DNA of 64,000 bases from Candidatus Latescibacterota bacterium (lineage in GTDB: Bacteria; Latescibacterota; CBDEFO01): positions 384,001 to 448,000 of the forward strand of contig CBDEFO010000007.1 in assembly GCA_965237525.1 (NCBI GenBank), in the 5' to 3' direction. The stretch's first letter is position 1. Each line of letters starts with the position of its first letter. A model generated the notes under the pieces. It saw nothing but the letters and a program-made list of their open reading frames with translations, was not told the DNA's origin and ran no database searches. The position numbers were made by a program, and so were the translations under genes. Of the stretch, positions 51,772 to 61,285 are shown piece after piece.

Positions 51772-53595
51772 ATGAAACTGACCACAGTTGTGAGCGCTGT
51801 CATTGTGGTAGCTATATTTACCTGCGGAAGTATTCCTGCTATGGACAACGCTGATGAGGGCTTAGACCTGGCCCGCCTAAGCGGCTGGGACATCGTTGTG
51901 GCTGACGATGCTATTGCCAGTGAGATATACGCGGCTGAGGAGTTTCAGGAGTTCTTCAGCCAGGCGAGTGGTGTGAAACTCCCTATCGTCCACAAAATCG
52001 AACGTTGGGACAAGCATGTGTTCGTCGGTCCTGGCAAGCTGATGCAAGCCAGTCCTGTGGGATTCGGCGTTGAGAATTTGGGACCTGAAGATTTGCAGAT
52101 CGTTGTACGTGACGACAACATCGCCATAGCCGGAGGACGGCCGCGCGGCACGCTTTATGGGGTTTACACCTTCCTGGAAGATTACCTTGGCGTACGCTTT
52201 CTCACACACGATCATACCCACGTGCCGCCGGTTGGTGAGCAGAGAGTGATCGGCCCGGTGGACCGTGTCTATCGCCCACCTTTTGCGAATTTACGGCTGA
52301 CCGGGTACAAAACATCTTATCATTACCCGATTTTTGGGGTGCGTACTCGCAACAATGGCTACCATGATCAACCGAGATTCGGTGGAACTTCGCCGTTCGG
52401 GAATACCAATCACAGCTTCTATCGGCAAGTGCCTTACCAGAAGTACGGCAAGGATCATCCGGAGTACTTTGGTCTCTGGGATTGGACACGCCGGAACCAT
52501 TTCACGCATACTCATCTATGCCTGACCAATGCGGAGCTGTTACCTATCGTTACCGATGCGGTCTTGAAGGAAATCGAACGCGCCACGAGCATTGGGCGCA
52601 AGAACTTTTCCGTCTCTCAGAACGACACTATCTGGCAGTACTGCCAGTGTGAAGAGTGTACGGCCGTTGACAAGCGCGAAGAATCACACATGGGCGCCCT
52701 GCTGGACTTTGTGAACAAGGTAGCCGACGAGGTGGCCAAGACTCATCCGGACGTCTTTATCGGGACGCTCTCCTATGGTTTTTCGCGCAAGCCGCCCAAA
52801 ACTATCAGGCCGCGAGACAATGTGCAGATAAACCTCTGCAGCATCGAGACCTGCCAGCTTCACCCCTTGGCTGATCCCAGCTGCCCCAGAAATATCGCAT
52901 ACATGCAGGACCTCCGCGGTTGGAGCAAGATTTGCAGGCACCTCTACGCCTGGACGTATAACCGCCATTTTCACGACTTCCTTCTGCCGTATCCAAACCT
53001 GTTTACGATCAAACCGAACATAAATACTCTTGTGATTGCCGGAGTTGAAGGGGTGTTCATGCAATGCAGCTTTGACTTGGTGGCGGAACTGTCGGACCTC
53101 CGCAATTACCTGATGAACCGTCTGTTGTGGAACCCCGATCTCGACGACAGGGCGGTCATCAACGAGTTCCTCGATTTGCACTATGGTAAAGCAGCCCCAC
53201 CAATCCGCCGCTTTATCGACATGACACATAAGCACTACAAAGATGCAGCTACTCACCACACTTCGTTGATCCGCGACCACTGGGATTTGCCGGTCGATGA
53301 ATCCGTTGCCAAAGCCGGGCTTGGTATGTTCTCTGAAGCAATGAAATTGGCTGAGAACGATGAAGTCAAAGAACGAGTGGAAAAGGCTTCCATCTGCGGC
53401 TATCGGGCAGCCATCGAGCCGATTTGGAGACTCAATAAGGACGCCGCAATCGATCCAGCGCTGGCCGAACAGATGCAACCGCTTGTCGAAGAGTTCTTCC
53501 GGCTGTGCGACGACTATGGGATCGGCGGACATGTCGCAGGAGCTCGCGAGCGCATCGAAGGCATCTTGGGTACCAGTGACCCTGCCGGCAAGTAA
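51772..53595 (+). CDS. DUF4838 domain protein, array gene 1
   Basis: Signal peptide; RGTLYGVY.FLEDYLGVRF, NHSF, CLTN, SQND, CxCxxC, RLLWNP. Confidence 0.88.
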   Translation: MKLTTVVSAVIVVAIFTCGSIPAMDNADEGLDLARLSGWDIVVADDAIASEIYAAEEFQEFFSQASGVKLPIVHKIERWDKHVFVGPGKLMQASPVGFGVENLGPEDLQIVVRDDNIAIAGGRPRGTLYGVYTFLEDYLGVRFLTHDHTHVPPVGEQRVIGPVDRVYRPPFANLRLTGYKTSYHYPIFGVRTRNNGYHDQPRFGGTSPFGNTNHSFYRQVPYQKYGKDHPEYFGLWDWTRRNHFTHTHLCLTNAELLPIVTDAVLKEIERATSIGRKNFSVSQNDTIWQYCQCEECTAVDKREESHMGALLDFVNKVADEVAKTHPDVFIGTLSYGFSRKPPKTIRPRDNVQINLCSIETCQLHPLADPSCPRNIAYMQDLRGWSKICRHLYAWTYNRHFHDFLLPYPNLFTIKPNINTLVIAGVEGVFMQCSFDLVAELSDLRNYLMNRLLWNPDLDDRAVINEFLDLHYGKAAPPIRRFIDMTHKHYKDAATHHTSLIRDHWDLPVDESVAKAGLGMFSEAMKLAENDEVKERVEKASICGYRAAIEPIWRLNKDAAIDPALAEQMQPLVEEFFRLCDDYGIGGHVAGARERIEGILGTSDPAGK

Positions 53596-53703
53596 GTGCG
53601 CAGGCCGGGCACTTGTGTGTTGCCAGCCTGGTTCCCCTATTTGCCTGCGGAAGTATTCTGGCAAACGCGTTCTGTTGGGTCTTTAACAACGAGGAGTTAT
53701 ACG

Positions 53704-55524
53704 ATGAAACTAACAACAGTTGTGAGCGCTGTCATAGTGGTAGCTATATTTGCCTGTGGAAGGATTGTTACTATGGACAAAACTGCTAAGGGCTTAGACC
53801 TAGCGCAGCTAAATGGGTGGGACATCGTTGTGGCTGACGATGCTATCGCCAGTGAGGTATACGCGGGTGAAGAGTTTCAGGAGTTCTTCCGTCAGGCGAG
53901 TGGTGTGAAACTCCCTATCGTGCACAAGATTGAACGTTGGGATAAACACGTGTTCGTCGGGCCTGGCAAGGTGCTGCAAGCCAGCCCTGTGGGATTCAGT
54001 GTCGATGATCTCGGCCCGGAGGATCTGCATATTGTGGTGAAAGGTGATAACATCGCCATAGCTGGTGGTCGTCCACGTGGCACGCTCTACGGTGTTTATG
54101 GTTTTCTTGAAGATTATTTAGGCGTGCGCTTTTTCACGCACGATCATACCCACGTGCCGCCGGTTGGCCAGCAGCGAGTGATCGGCCCGGTGGACCGCGT
54201 CTATCGCCCACCTTTCGTGAATTACCGTAATGCCGCGTACAGAGCGCCTCATCAGTATCCCTTTCTTGCGGTCCGTACTCGTAACAACGCCGTAGATCAT
54301 GATGAGCCGCGGTTTGGTGGCATTTCGCCGTTCGGAAATACCAACCACAGTTTTTACCGACAGGTTTCCGTGGAGAAGTATGGGAAGGACCACCCTGAAT
54401 ATTACGCGCTGATCGACGGTAAGCGGCAAGCTCATTGGATGAGCCAGCTTTGTATGACCAATCAGGAGGTGTTGAAAATCGTGATTCAGGCGGTACGGGA
54501 TGAGCTCAAAAACAGACCGGGGACCAGGAATATCTCGGTCAGCCAGAACGACGGGGGCACCGACTACTGTCGATGCGAGAAATGTGCCGCCATCGATGAG
54601 CGTGAAGGATCGCACATGGGAGCTCTGCTGACCTTTGTGAACAAGGTAGCCGACGAGGTGGCCAAGACACATCCAGACGTTTTTATCGGGACGCTGGCTT
54701 ACAATTATTCTCGCAAGCCTCCCAAGAATATCAGGCCACGTGACAATGTGCAAATCAACCTTTCCAGCTCTGGGGCCTGTCAGCTCCACCCCTTCGCTGA
54801 TGCCAATTGCCCTAAGAATGTCGCTTATATGCAGGACCTCCGCGGCTGGCGCAGGATTTGCAAGAACCTCTATGCCTGGACATATAACATCTACTTCCGC
54901 GCGCCTCCCTTGCCGTACCCAAACCTGTACACGATCATGCCTAACATAAACAGTCTTTTGGACGCTGGCGTTGAAGGGGTCTTCATGCAGTCTCACGCGG
55001 GACGATGGCCCGACACAGAGATGGCGAAGCTGCCCCATTATATGATGAGCCGCTTGCTGTGGAATCCGAAGCTCAACGACAGGGAATTGATCGATGAGTT
55101 TCTCAATCTACACTATGGTAAGGCAGTCCCACCGATCCGTAGGTTCATCAACATGATACATAAGCACTACAGAGACGCAGGGACTCACAACGATCCGCTC
55201 GCCTACCATCACTGGGAGTTGCCGGTTGATGAAGGCGTTGCCAAAGCTAGTCTGAAGTTGTTCGCCGAGGCTATGGATCTAGCTGAGACCGATGAGGTCA
55301 AAGCTCGAGTAGAAAACGCTTCCATCTGCGCTTATGCGGCAGCCATTGACCCGATTTGGAGATTCAAGAAGGATGCTGAAGTCGATCCGGCTGTTGCTGA
55401 ACAGATGCGACCGCTTGTCAAAGAGTTCTTCCGGCTATGCGAGAAATATGGGCTTGGCGGGTATGACGCACATCGTCAGCACCTCGGAATCATCCTGGGG
55501 AACCTCGATCCTGCAGGCAAGTAG
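53704..55524 (+). CDS. DUF4838 domain protein, array gene 2
   Basis: Same motifs as gene 1. Confidence 0.88.
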   Translation: MKLTTVVSAVIVVAIFACGRIVTMDKTAKGLDLAQLNGWDIVVADDAIASEVYAGEEFQEFFRQASGVKLPIVHKIERWDKHVFVGPGKVLQASPVGFSVDDLGPEDLHIVVKGDNIAIAGGRPRGTLYGVYGFLEDYLGVRFFTHDHTHVPPVGQQRVIGPVDRVYRPPFVNYRNAAYRAPHQYPFLAVRTRNNAVDHDEPRFGGISPFGNTNHSFYRQVSVEKYGKDHPEYYALIDGKRQAHWMSQLCMTNQEVLKIVIQAVRDELKNRPGTRNISVSQNDGGTDYCRCEKCAAIDEREGSHMGALLTFVNKVADEVAKTHPDVFIGTLAYNYSRKPPKNIRPRDNVQINLSSSGACQLHPFADANCPKNVAYMQDLRGWRRICKNLYAWTYNIYFRAPPLPYPNLYTIMPNINSLLDAGVEGVFMQSHAGRWPDTEMAKLPHYMMSRLLWNPKLNDRELIDEFLNLHYGKAVPPIRRFINMIHKHYRDAGTHNDPLAYHHWELPVDEGVAKASLKLFAEAMDLAETDEVKARVENASICAYAAAIDPIWRFKKDAEVDPAVAEQMRPLVKEFFRLCEKYGLGGYDAHRQHLGIILGNLDPAGK

Positions 55525-55584
55525 GTGCAAAGGCTGAATTGGGATGCATTTCTTCTAACGGACCAGCACAAAATGAGATATAAC

Positions 55585-57405
55585 ATGGAATGCATTGCAC
55601 TTCTGAGTGTTATCAGTCTGATTGTGGCTCTTGCCTTGGGAGGCACTGTGGCAGACGCCAAGACTCCCGAGGGTTTAGACCTGGCCCGCCTGATCGGCTG
55701 GGACATCGTTGTGGCTGACGATGCTATCACCAGTGAGAGATATGCGGCTGAGGAATTTCAGACATTCTTCAAACAGGCTAGTGGCCTGAAACTTCCGATC
55801 GTGGACAAAATCGATTCCTCGAGCAAGCACGTGTTCATCGGGCCTGGCAAGCTGATGCAAGCCAGTTCTGTGGGATTCAGTGTTGATGATCTCGGCCCGG
55901 AGGATCTGCGTATTGTTGTGAAAGGTGGCAACATTGCCACAGCCGGAGGACGACCGCGCGGCACGCTTTATGGCGTCTACACGTTCCTGGAAGATTACTT
56001 GGGCGTACGGTTCCTTACACACGATCATACCCACGTCCCGCCGGTTGGCCAGCAGCGAGTGATCGGCCCGCTGGACCGTGTCTATCGCCCGTCTTTCGTG
56101 AATTACCGTTATGCCGTATACAAAGCACCTCTTAAGTATCCTTTTTTTGCGGTTCGCACTCGCAACAATGCCATACATCATGATGAGCCGCGGTTTGGGG
56201 GGAATTCGCCATTCGGAAATACCAACCACAGTTTTTACCGACAGGTTTCCGTGGAGAAGTATGGGAAAGACCACCCTGAATATTACGCGCTGATTGACGG
56301 TAAGCGGCAAGTTAAATGGCAGAGCCAGCTTTGTCTGACCAATCAGGAGGTGTTGAAAATCGTGATCCAGGCGGTACGGGATGAGCTTAAAAATAGACCG
56401 GAGGCCAGGAATATCTCGGTCAGCCAGAACGACGGGTTCAGCGACTACTGTCGATGCGAGAAATGTGCCGCCATCGATGAGCGTGAAGGATCGCACATGG
56501 GGTCCCTGCTGACCTTTGTGAACAAGGTAGCCGACGAGGTGGCCAAGACCCATCCGCAGGTTTTTATAGGGACGCTGGCTTACACTTATTCTCGCAAGCC
56601 GCCCAAAACTATGAGGCCACGTGACAATGTACAGATCAACCTTTCCAGCTGTGGGGCCTGTCAACTGCACGCCTTCGCTGATGCCAGTTGCCCTAAGAAT
56701 GTCGCCTTCATACAGGACCTCCGCGGCTGGCGCAGGATTTGCAAGAACCTCTATGCCTGGACATATAACATCTACTTCCGTGCGCCTCCCTTGCCGTACC
56801 CAAACCTGTACACGATCATGCCTAACATAAACAGTCTTTTGGACGCTGGCGTTGAAGGGGTCTTCATGCAGTCTCACGCGGGACGATGGCCCGACACAGA
56901 GATGGCGGAGCTGCCCCATTATATGATGAGCCGTTTGCTGTGGAACCCGAAGCTCAACGATAGGGAATTGATTGATGAGTTTCTCAATCTGCACTATGGT
57001 AAGGCTGCCCCACCGATCCGTAGGTTCATCAACATGATACACAAGCATTACAGGGACGCAGGGACTCACAACGATCCGCTCGTCTACCATCGGTGGGAGT
57101 TGCCGGTTGATGAAGGCGTCGCTAAAGCTAGTCTGAAGTTGTTCGCCGAGGCCATGGATCTAGCGGAGAATAATGAGGTCAAAGCACGAGTGGAAAAGGT
57201 TTCCATCTGCGCCTATGCGGCAGCCATTGACCCAATTTGGAGACTCAAGAAGGATGCTGAAGTCGATCCGGCTGTTGCTGAACAGATGCGACCGCTTGTC
57301 GAAGAGTTCTTCCGTCTATGCGAGAAGTATGGGCTTGGCGGGTATGACGCACATCGTCAGCGCCTCAGAATCATCTTGGGGAACCTCGATCCTGCAAGCA
57401 AGTAG
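55585..57405 (+). CDS. DUF4838 domain protein, array gene 3
   Basis: Same motifs; near-identical to gene 2 over the 3' two-thirds. Confidence 0.88.
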   Translation: MECIALLSVISLIVALALGGTVADAKTPEGLDLARLIGWDIVVADDAITSERYAAEEFQTFFKQASGLKLPIVDKIDSSSKHVFIGPGKLMQASSVGFSVDDLGPEDLRIVVKGGNIATAGGRPRGTLYGVYTFLEDYLGVRFLTHDHTHVPPVGQQRVIGPLDRVYRPSFVNYRYAVYKAPLKYPFFAVRTRNNAIHHDEPRFGGNSPFGNTNHSFYRQVSVEKYGKDHPEYYALIDGKRQVKWQSQLCLTNQEVLKIVIQAVRDELKNRPEARNISVSQNDGFSDYCRCEKCAAIDEREGSHMGSLLTFVNKVADEVAKTHPQVFIGTLAYTYSRKPPKTMRPRDNVQINLSSCGACQLHAFADASCPKNVAFIQDLRGWRRICKNLYAWTYNIYFRAPPLPYPNLYTIMPNINSLLDAGVEGVFMQSHAGRWPDTEMAELPHYMMSRLLWNPKLNDRELIDEFLNLHYGKAAPPIRRFINMIHKHYRDAGTHNDPLVYHRWELPVDEGVAKASLKLFAEAMDLAENNEVKARVEKVSICAYAAAIDPIWRLKKDAEVDPAVAEQMRPLVEEFFRLCEKYGLGGYDAHRQRLRIILGNLDPASK

Positions 57406-57574
57406 GTGCAAAGGCTGAATTGGGATGTATTTCTTCTAACGGACCAGAGTAGAAGGAGTTATAACATGGAATGCATTGCACTTGTGAGTGTTATCAGCTT
57501 GGTTCCCCCATTTGCCTGCGGACGTATTTTGGCAAACGCGTTCTGTTGGGTCTTTAACAACGAGGAGTTATACG

Positions 57575-59419
57575 ATGAAACTGACCACAGTTGTGAGCGC
57601 TGTCATTGTGGTAGCTATATTTGCGTGTGGAGGCATTGCTGCGATGCACAACACTGCTGAGGGCTTAGACCTGGCCCGCCTAAGCGGCTGGGACATCGTT
57701 GTGGCTGACGATGCTATCGCCAGTGAGATATACGCGGCTGAGGAATTCCAGGAGTTTTTCCGTCAGGCCAGCGATATAAAGCTTCCTATCGTCCACAAAA
57801 TTGAACGTTGGGACAAGCATGTGTTCATCGGACCTGGGGAGGTGATGCAAGCCAGCCCAGTCGGATTCAGCGTTGAGGATTTGGGACCTGAGGATCTACA
57901 CATCGTTGTACGTGATAACAACATCGCCATAGCCGGAGGACGACCGCGCGGCACGCTTTATGGCGTCTACGCGTTCCTGGAGGATTACCTGGGCGTGCGC
58001 TTCCTCACACACGATCATACCCACGTGCCGTCTGTCGGTGAACGGCCAGTGATCGTCCCGGTGGACCGTGTCTATCGCCCGCCTTTCGCAAATTACCGTA
58101 ATGCCGTTTACAAAGCATCACTTCAATACCCGGTTTTTGCAGTTCGCACTAGGAACAATGCCGCTCATGCTGCGCCAAAATTTGGTGGAGTTTCGGCGTT
58201 CATCAATATCAATCACAGCCTCTACCGACAGGTCACCATCAACAAATACGGCAAAGAACATCCGGAGTACTTTGGTCTCTGGGACGGCACACGCCGCAAT
58301 GATGCCCCGCACACTCATCTTTGTTTGACCAATGCGGACCTGATTCCCATAGTTACCAGTGCGGTTTTGGAGGAAATCGGATTTCCCAGTTGCGTTGGGC
58401 GAAAAAACTTTTCAGTCTCTCAAAACGACACGGTCTGGCAATACTGCCAGTGTGAAGAGTGCGCTGCGATTGACGGACCGGAAGAATCCCACATGGGGGC
58501 GTTGCTGAAGTTCGTCAACGCTGTGGCCGATCAGGTTGCAAAGACCCATCCAGATGTCGAGATCGGTACGCTGGCCTATGGCTTCTCACGCAAGCCGCCG
58601 AAGACCATCAAGTGCCGGCCCAATGTGGACGTCAACCTGACCACTCATGGTCGATGTCATGTACATTTAATTACGGAACGCAATTGCCCACCGAATGTCC
58701 AGTTCCTGCAGGAATTGGAAGGATGGAGCAGAATCTGCAAAAACCTATATTTCTGGGATTACCACTTTGGCGCGGGCCACTCTCTTCTGCCCTATCCTGA
58801 TTTGTTTTTCATGAAACCGAACATCAACACTCTGGTAGCCCACGGAGTCAAAGGCGTCTTTATGCAGTCCGATTATCAGGCTGCTACAACAGAACTGGTT
58901 GATCTAAGGCAACATCTGATGACGCGGCTATTGTGGAACCCTGATCTCAACGATAGGGAAATAATTGATGAGTTCGTCAGTCTGCACTACTCAGAGGCAG
59001 CCCCGCCGATCCGCCGTTTCATAGATCTGGTGCACAACCATTACAGAGACATCAAAATACACCATACAAAATGGAAGCCGCATGGCTTACCCGTCGATGA
59101 AGCCGTTGCGGCCACTGGCGTGAACTTGTTCGTCGAGGCGCTGAAACTGGCCAAGAGCGATTCGATCAAAGCGCGTGTGGAAAAAGCCTCGATCTGCGCC
59201 TATCGGGCGGCCGTTGACCCGATTTTCAAACTCGATGAGGATGCGGAAGTCGATCCGGCTGTCGCCGAGCGGATGCGACCCCTCGTGAAGGAATTCTTCC
59301 GATTGTGTAAGACGTACGGTATCGGTCCGGACGTCAAGGGTTTAGCTTACGGTTTCTCGGACACGATCTGTCAGCGTCTTGAAGGCATTCTGGGGAACCT
59401 CGATCCTGCTGGTAAGTAG
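57575..59419 (+). CDS. DUF4838 domain protein, array gene 4
   Basis: Same motifs. Confidence 0.88.
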   Translation: MKLTTVVSAVIVVAIFACGGIAAMHNTAEGLDLARLSGWDIVVADDAIASEIYAAEEFQEFFRQASDIKLPIVHKIERWDKHVFIGPGEVMQASPVGFSVEDLGPEDLHIVVRDNNIAIAGGRPRGTLYGVYAFLEDYLGVRFLTHDHTHVPSVGERPVIVPVDRVYRPPFANYRNAVYKASLQYPVFAVRTRNNAAHAAPKFGGVSAFININHSLYRQVTINKYGKEHPEYFGLWDGTRRNDAPHTHLCLTNADLIPIVTSAVLEEIGFPSCVGRKNFSVSQNDTVWQYCQCEECAAIDGPEESHMGALLKFVNAVADQVAKTHPDVEIGTLAYGFSRKPPKTIKCRPNVDVNLTTHGRCHVHLITERNCPPNVQFLQELEGWSRICKNLYFWDYHFGAGHSLLPYPDLFFMKPNINTLVAHGVKGVFMQSDYQAATTELVDLRQHLMTRLLWNPDLNDREIIDEFVSLHYSEAAPPIRRFIDLVHNHYRDIKIHHTKWKPHGLPVDEAVAATGVNLFVEALKLAKSDSIKARVEKASICAYRAAVDPIFKLDEDAEVDPAVAERMRPLVKEFFRLCKTYGIGPDVKGLAYGFSDTICQRLEGILGNLDPAGK

Positions 59420-59479
59420 CTGCAAAGACTGGCTTAGGATGGCACTCTTCTAACGGACCAGAGTAGAAGGAGTTATACA

Positions 59480-59680
59480 ATGACACGGGACAGTTGTTAG
59501 CGCTGTCATTGTGGTAGCTTTATTTGCCCGCGGAACTATTCCAGGGATAGCCAACAAGGCTGAGGGCGTAGCCTTGGCCAGACTAAACAGCTGCGACATT
59601 GTCGCAGCTGAGAACGCACCCCGGTGAGCAATACGCGGCTGGGGAGTTTCAGGAGTACTTCCGTCAGGTCAGTGGTGCGA
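59480..59680 (+). pseudogene. Decayed 5' end of a further DUF4838 paralog
   Basis: RBS plus degenerate signal peptide, EG..LARLN..DIV and EFQEYFRQVSG. Confidence 0.75.
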
Positions 59681-59807
59681 AGATTATACAAGAATAGTGG
59701 CCTTTCTGTTTGTCAAGGACACCTATTTGTCAAGGACACCTATTCGGGGAATGCATGCGTGAACTAAAGATGTTGATCACAGCGGTACTTTGAAAAAGGG
59801 GTATACT

Positions 59808-60743
59808 ATGATGACATCGCATCAATGCAGAGGTGCGTATGGCCTGTCGAGAAAGGAAATTGTGCGAGGCTTGCGCGAAACGGGCCTGAAATCCGGCGAC
59901 GTAGTGCTGGTTCATTCTGCAATGCGGACGTTCGGGCCCATCGAAGGGGGCGCCGAGACGGTGGTCTCTGCGCTGCTTGAAGTGCTCGGCCAGAGAGGGA
60001 CATTGATCGTTCCTACTTTTACCCTTGTCCACGAAGCCGAAGAGAACCCTGTAATTGACCCCAGCAAAGATCCCTCCGAAATGGGAGTAATTACCGAAAC
60101 TGTTCGCTTACGGCCGGATGCCCTTAGAAGCACCGCTTTTCGACACAGTTTTGCCGCTGTAGGGCACAGAACCCAAGTATTTACTGACGTCGATCCTGCC
60201 CTATCTCCCTTTGACCTCCGCTCCTCTTTCGGTGTCATGCTCGCCCTAAATACCCAGATTCTTATATGTGGCATGACCTATGACGCTTCAACCAGCCACC
60301 ACTTTGCAGAATTTCTTTGTGATGTACCCTACAGGCATACGATACGTCTGAATGTAAATGTCAAACTTCCAGACGGCTCGGTTGTGAGACAGGAAATGAT
60401 AGACTATCAGCCCAAACCGGGCGAGGACGGTATATATTATGAGCGGGAGCCAGATTTTGGTCGCCTCGGCAGAATGCTCGAAGAACGAGGATTAGTCGGC
60501 ATGGCGGGTATCGGAAACTCGGCCGTACGCAGATTTGGGATGCGGGATCTGATTGATTTAGCACAGATTGAGGCGGCGGAGGATTACAACATCTTCCGTA
60601 TGCCAGAGGGACAGACAGATGACTTTACCCAGCTGACCTTTGGTACGGTGGTCTTCAGTCCAGCAATGCTAGATGGAGCAGGCCGGAGCGATAGATACCG
60701 GTGGTGTGTTATGGACGAATCAAAGCTGGTGATGCCGGGTTGA
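59808..60743 (+). CDS. AAC(3)-family N-acetyltransferase homolog (YokD-like)
   Basis: GL..GDVVLVHSA, GTLIVPTFT, MGVITE, HSFAAVG, T.HHFAE. Confidence 0.85.
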   Translation: MMTSHQCRGAYGLSRKEIVRGLRETGLKSGDVVLVHSAMRTFGPIEGGAETVVSALLEVLGQRGTLIVPTFTLVHEAEENPVIDPSKDPSEMGVITETVRLRPDALRSTAFRHSFAAVGHRTQVFTDVDPALSPFDLRSSFGVMLALNTQILICGMTYDASTSHHFAEFLCDVPYRHTIRLNVNVKLPDGSVVRQEMIDYQPKPGEDGIYYEREPDFGRLGRMLEERGLVGMAGIGNSAVRRFGMRDLIDLAQIEAAEDYNIFRMPEGQTDDFTQLTFGTVVFSPAMLDGAGRSDRYRWCVMDESKLVMPG

Positions 60744-61285
60744 TTAAGAGCAAGTATTGCAGACCGCGTGTTGTGGGCACCGGGGCTGCAACTGAGACGG
60801 TATTCTCCTCGTTGGAACAGGACTTGTGCATAGGCAGTCTCTTTCAAAGCGACCAGGAGATCCAGAGTTGAGATATTGGATGTCAATGGGAATTGCGGTT
60901 ACCAAGGTAATTCAGTGCTCAGTCTACGGGTGAGCCAGTCCTGATGTATCTTGATGGGCTGTTGTGCTTCTACTCGACGGATGCCTTTGAGAAGACTGAA
61001 CAGCACTGGTGGAATGGACTCTTATCTTGACTTCTCGACGCTGGGATATTATTTTGGGGGCTACCGTGACGATTTCTATAACGATGAGAGGCTCAGGAGA
61101 TTTATGGTTTATACAGAAGAAATGAGTCTACTTATTAGGCAAGTTTAAGGGGACTGTATAAAGGGGACTGTATAATCGTAATTGTGCTTCAAAGAAAGTG
61201 ACGTTTCACGTTAACACAGGAGTGATGAATCGGCACAGGAGAAACAGCGGGTCATGTGTCGATTGATGCGAAAGGGGAAGCCAGG

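Noticed and set aside
55675..57090. 471-aa minus-strand ORF (also 52684-53664 and 54118-55038)
   Set aside because: Antisense shadows of DUF4838 genes with no recognisable motifs.
51772..59419. Diversity-generating retroelement or invertase-driven shufflon
   Set aside because: No reverse transcriptase, intact recombinase or inverted repeats; differences between paralogs are not adenine-specific.
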